From assembly GCA_026770705.1 (NCBI GenBank), contig JANJGN010000027.1, positions 28,086,001 through 28,150,000 of the forward strand: a stretch of DNA of 64,000 bases, given 5' to 3'. A program made the translations under genes and the position numbers. Below are positions 62,669 to 64,000 of this stretch, piece after piece (the first letter of the stretch is position 1; every line of letters begins with the position of its first letter). Source of the DNA: Isurus oxyrinchus (lineage: Eukaryota). Below the pieces are notes generated by a model. It had not been told where the DNA came from. It saw only the letters and a program-made list of their open reading frames with translations, and did not search any database.

Positions 62669-64000
62669 TGCCGCCCATTTTTGAAGAATAACAGGAGAGC
62701 AGCCCATCGCATTTTATGCGAATTGTTTTGGCCTGTAACTTGCTAATGGCCCAATAAATCTGACCATACACCGACTCTGCCCCATACTTCCGCAGACACC
62801 CCGGCAACGCGTTTCTCCTCATTCAGCAGCTCAGTATTTACAGACTGTATTCGATTTACAGTCAGTTTTACCATCATCAACAGCAGGGTGAGAAAATAAA
62901 TGCTGATTTGTGGACTAAAGCCCAGCGTCGCCAGAGAAGGGTATTGTACATGGATATCCAGCCGCTTTCATTGTCGAACAGCCGGCCTTCCGCAGGCAGT
63001 TTTAGGCGCGGAACTGTCCGAAATAAGCAGCAAGTGAACAGCGGCTGAATAAAGCCGACACCAGAGTAATCCACGAGTCTAGAGCAAGCGATTCAAATCG
63101 GAGAATGTGAACGGAAAGAGGAGGCAGGGTGTGATCGTTCTGATAAAATGCAAAGTAGCAAAACCGAAACCAACAGGTGAGTGGGTGACCAGAGACGGGC
63201 TGGAGCCCAGATTCCTGATAGCAGACAGATCTAATGCCATTCCATAGTCAAACACCAGCAGAGAAATGGAAAGTTGTCATACCATAGTGTTTTTTTTTTG
63301 CATGGTCAGAGGCTGTTATGTTTACAACGGTCTGCTCTCAGATGCAATGGTGACTGCCCTCCTGAGGGTAACTCGTTGTGAAAGGGCTTAGGCTGGTTGG
63401 AGATGAGTGTGTGAACAAGTTGCAGTTGACTCAGTGTGTAGGGACAGACCGTAAGAATCTAGCGAGTACCGTCAGTATGATTAGCAGGACATGTCAGATT
63501 CATGAACGAATGTTTGTGTTCTATTGAAAAGAGACGACTAAAGGCCAGTTTCTAAACTATATATATATAGTTGTTGAAACAATTAACAAAATGCGAATTT
63601 TATTCGATTAACCACTGAAATATTGACTCTTTCTCATTCTTGTTGAAAAAAATTTGATCAAACTTTGAACTCCAGTCAGTTCTCAATTTATCTTAAACGT
63701 TGCATTTTGCAAAATTATCTGTTGCTGAATGGCGGGTCAGTATAAGTGTGGAGAATGATTTGATCCAGAGATTTGTTGTTAGCTATTGTCATGTTCCACC
63801 GTGTTTGTGTTGTCTATCTGTATTTACATTCTATCCATTATAATCCTACTACAGCCCTTTCGCCTGCTAGAGTTACTGTACTCCTGGGATTTCCGCTCTT
63901 TTTTTTTCTGACCACATCGGTTATTTTTATACAAGATATGTTTGGCACTTAAGGTACAAATATTTTGAACTCCACACGGACATTCTTGTGTAACAAAAGG

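Noticed and set aside
61952-62822. Many long overlapping ORFs (C/V/L-rich and T/H/R-rich)
   Set aside because: Artefacts of the TG-rich simple repeat.

Overview
Vertebrate genomic DNA, most likely a cartilaginous fish (shark), judged from the repeat families. The window holds a head-to-head pair of genes. On the minus strand is the 5' end of GBF1: CpG-rich promoter and non-coding exon 1 near 37.2-37.5 kb, coding exons at 31791-31886 and 26083-26149, then a long intron 3 running off the left edge. On the plus strand is the complete three-exon CDS of the K50 paired-like homeobox gene PITX3 (44751-44877, 52123-52328, 53841-54404; 298 aa, homeodomain plus OAR motif). The rest is intronic or intergenic: CR1 and L2 LINE remnants, Deu-domain SINEs, a decayed PIF/Harbinger-type element with a Myb/SANT gene, a pogo/Tigger-like MITE, and several short Penelope-type insertions with hammerhead-ribozyme-like cores and target-site duplications. 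Most entries in the ORF track are spurious. Top leads are a frame-preserving 42-nt cassette exon in GBF1 intron 2, the hammerhead-bearing mini-elements, an unidentified second gene inside the Harbinger element, a CpG-retaining domain over PITX3, and candidate PITX3 enhancers. Everything was read by eye; no database searches were run.
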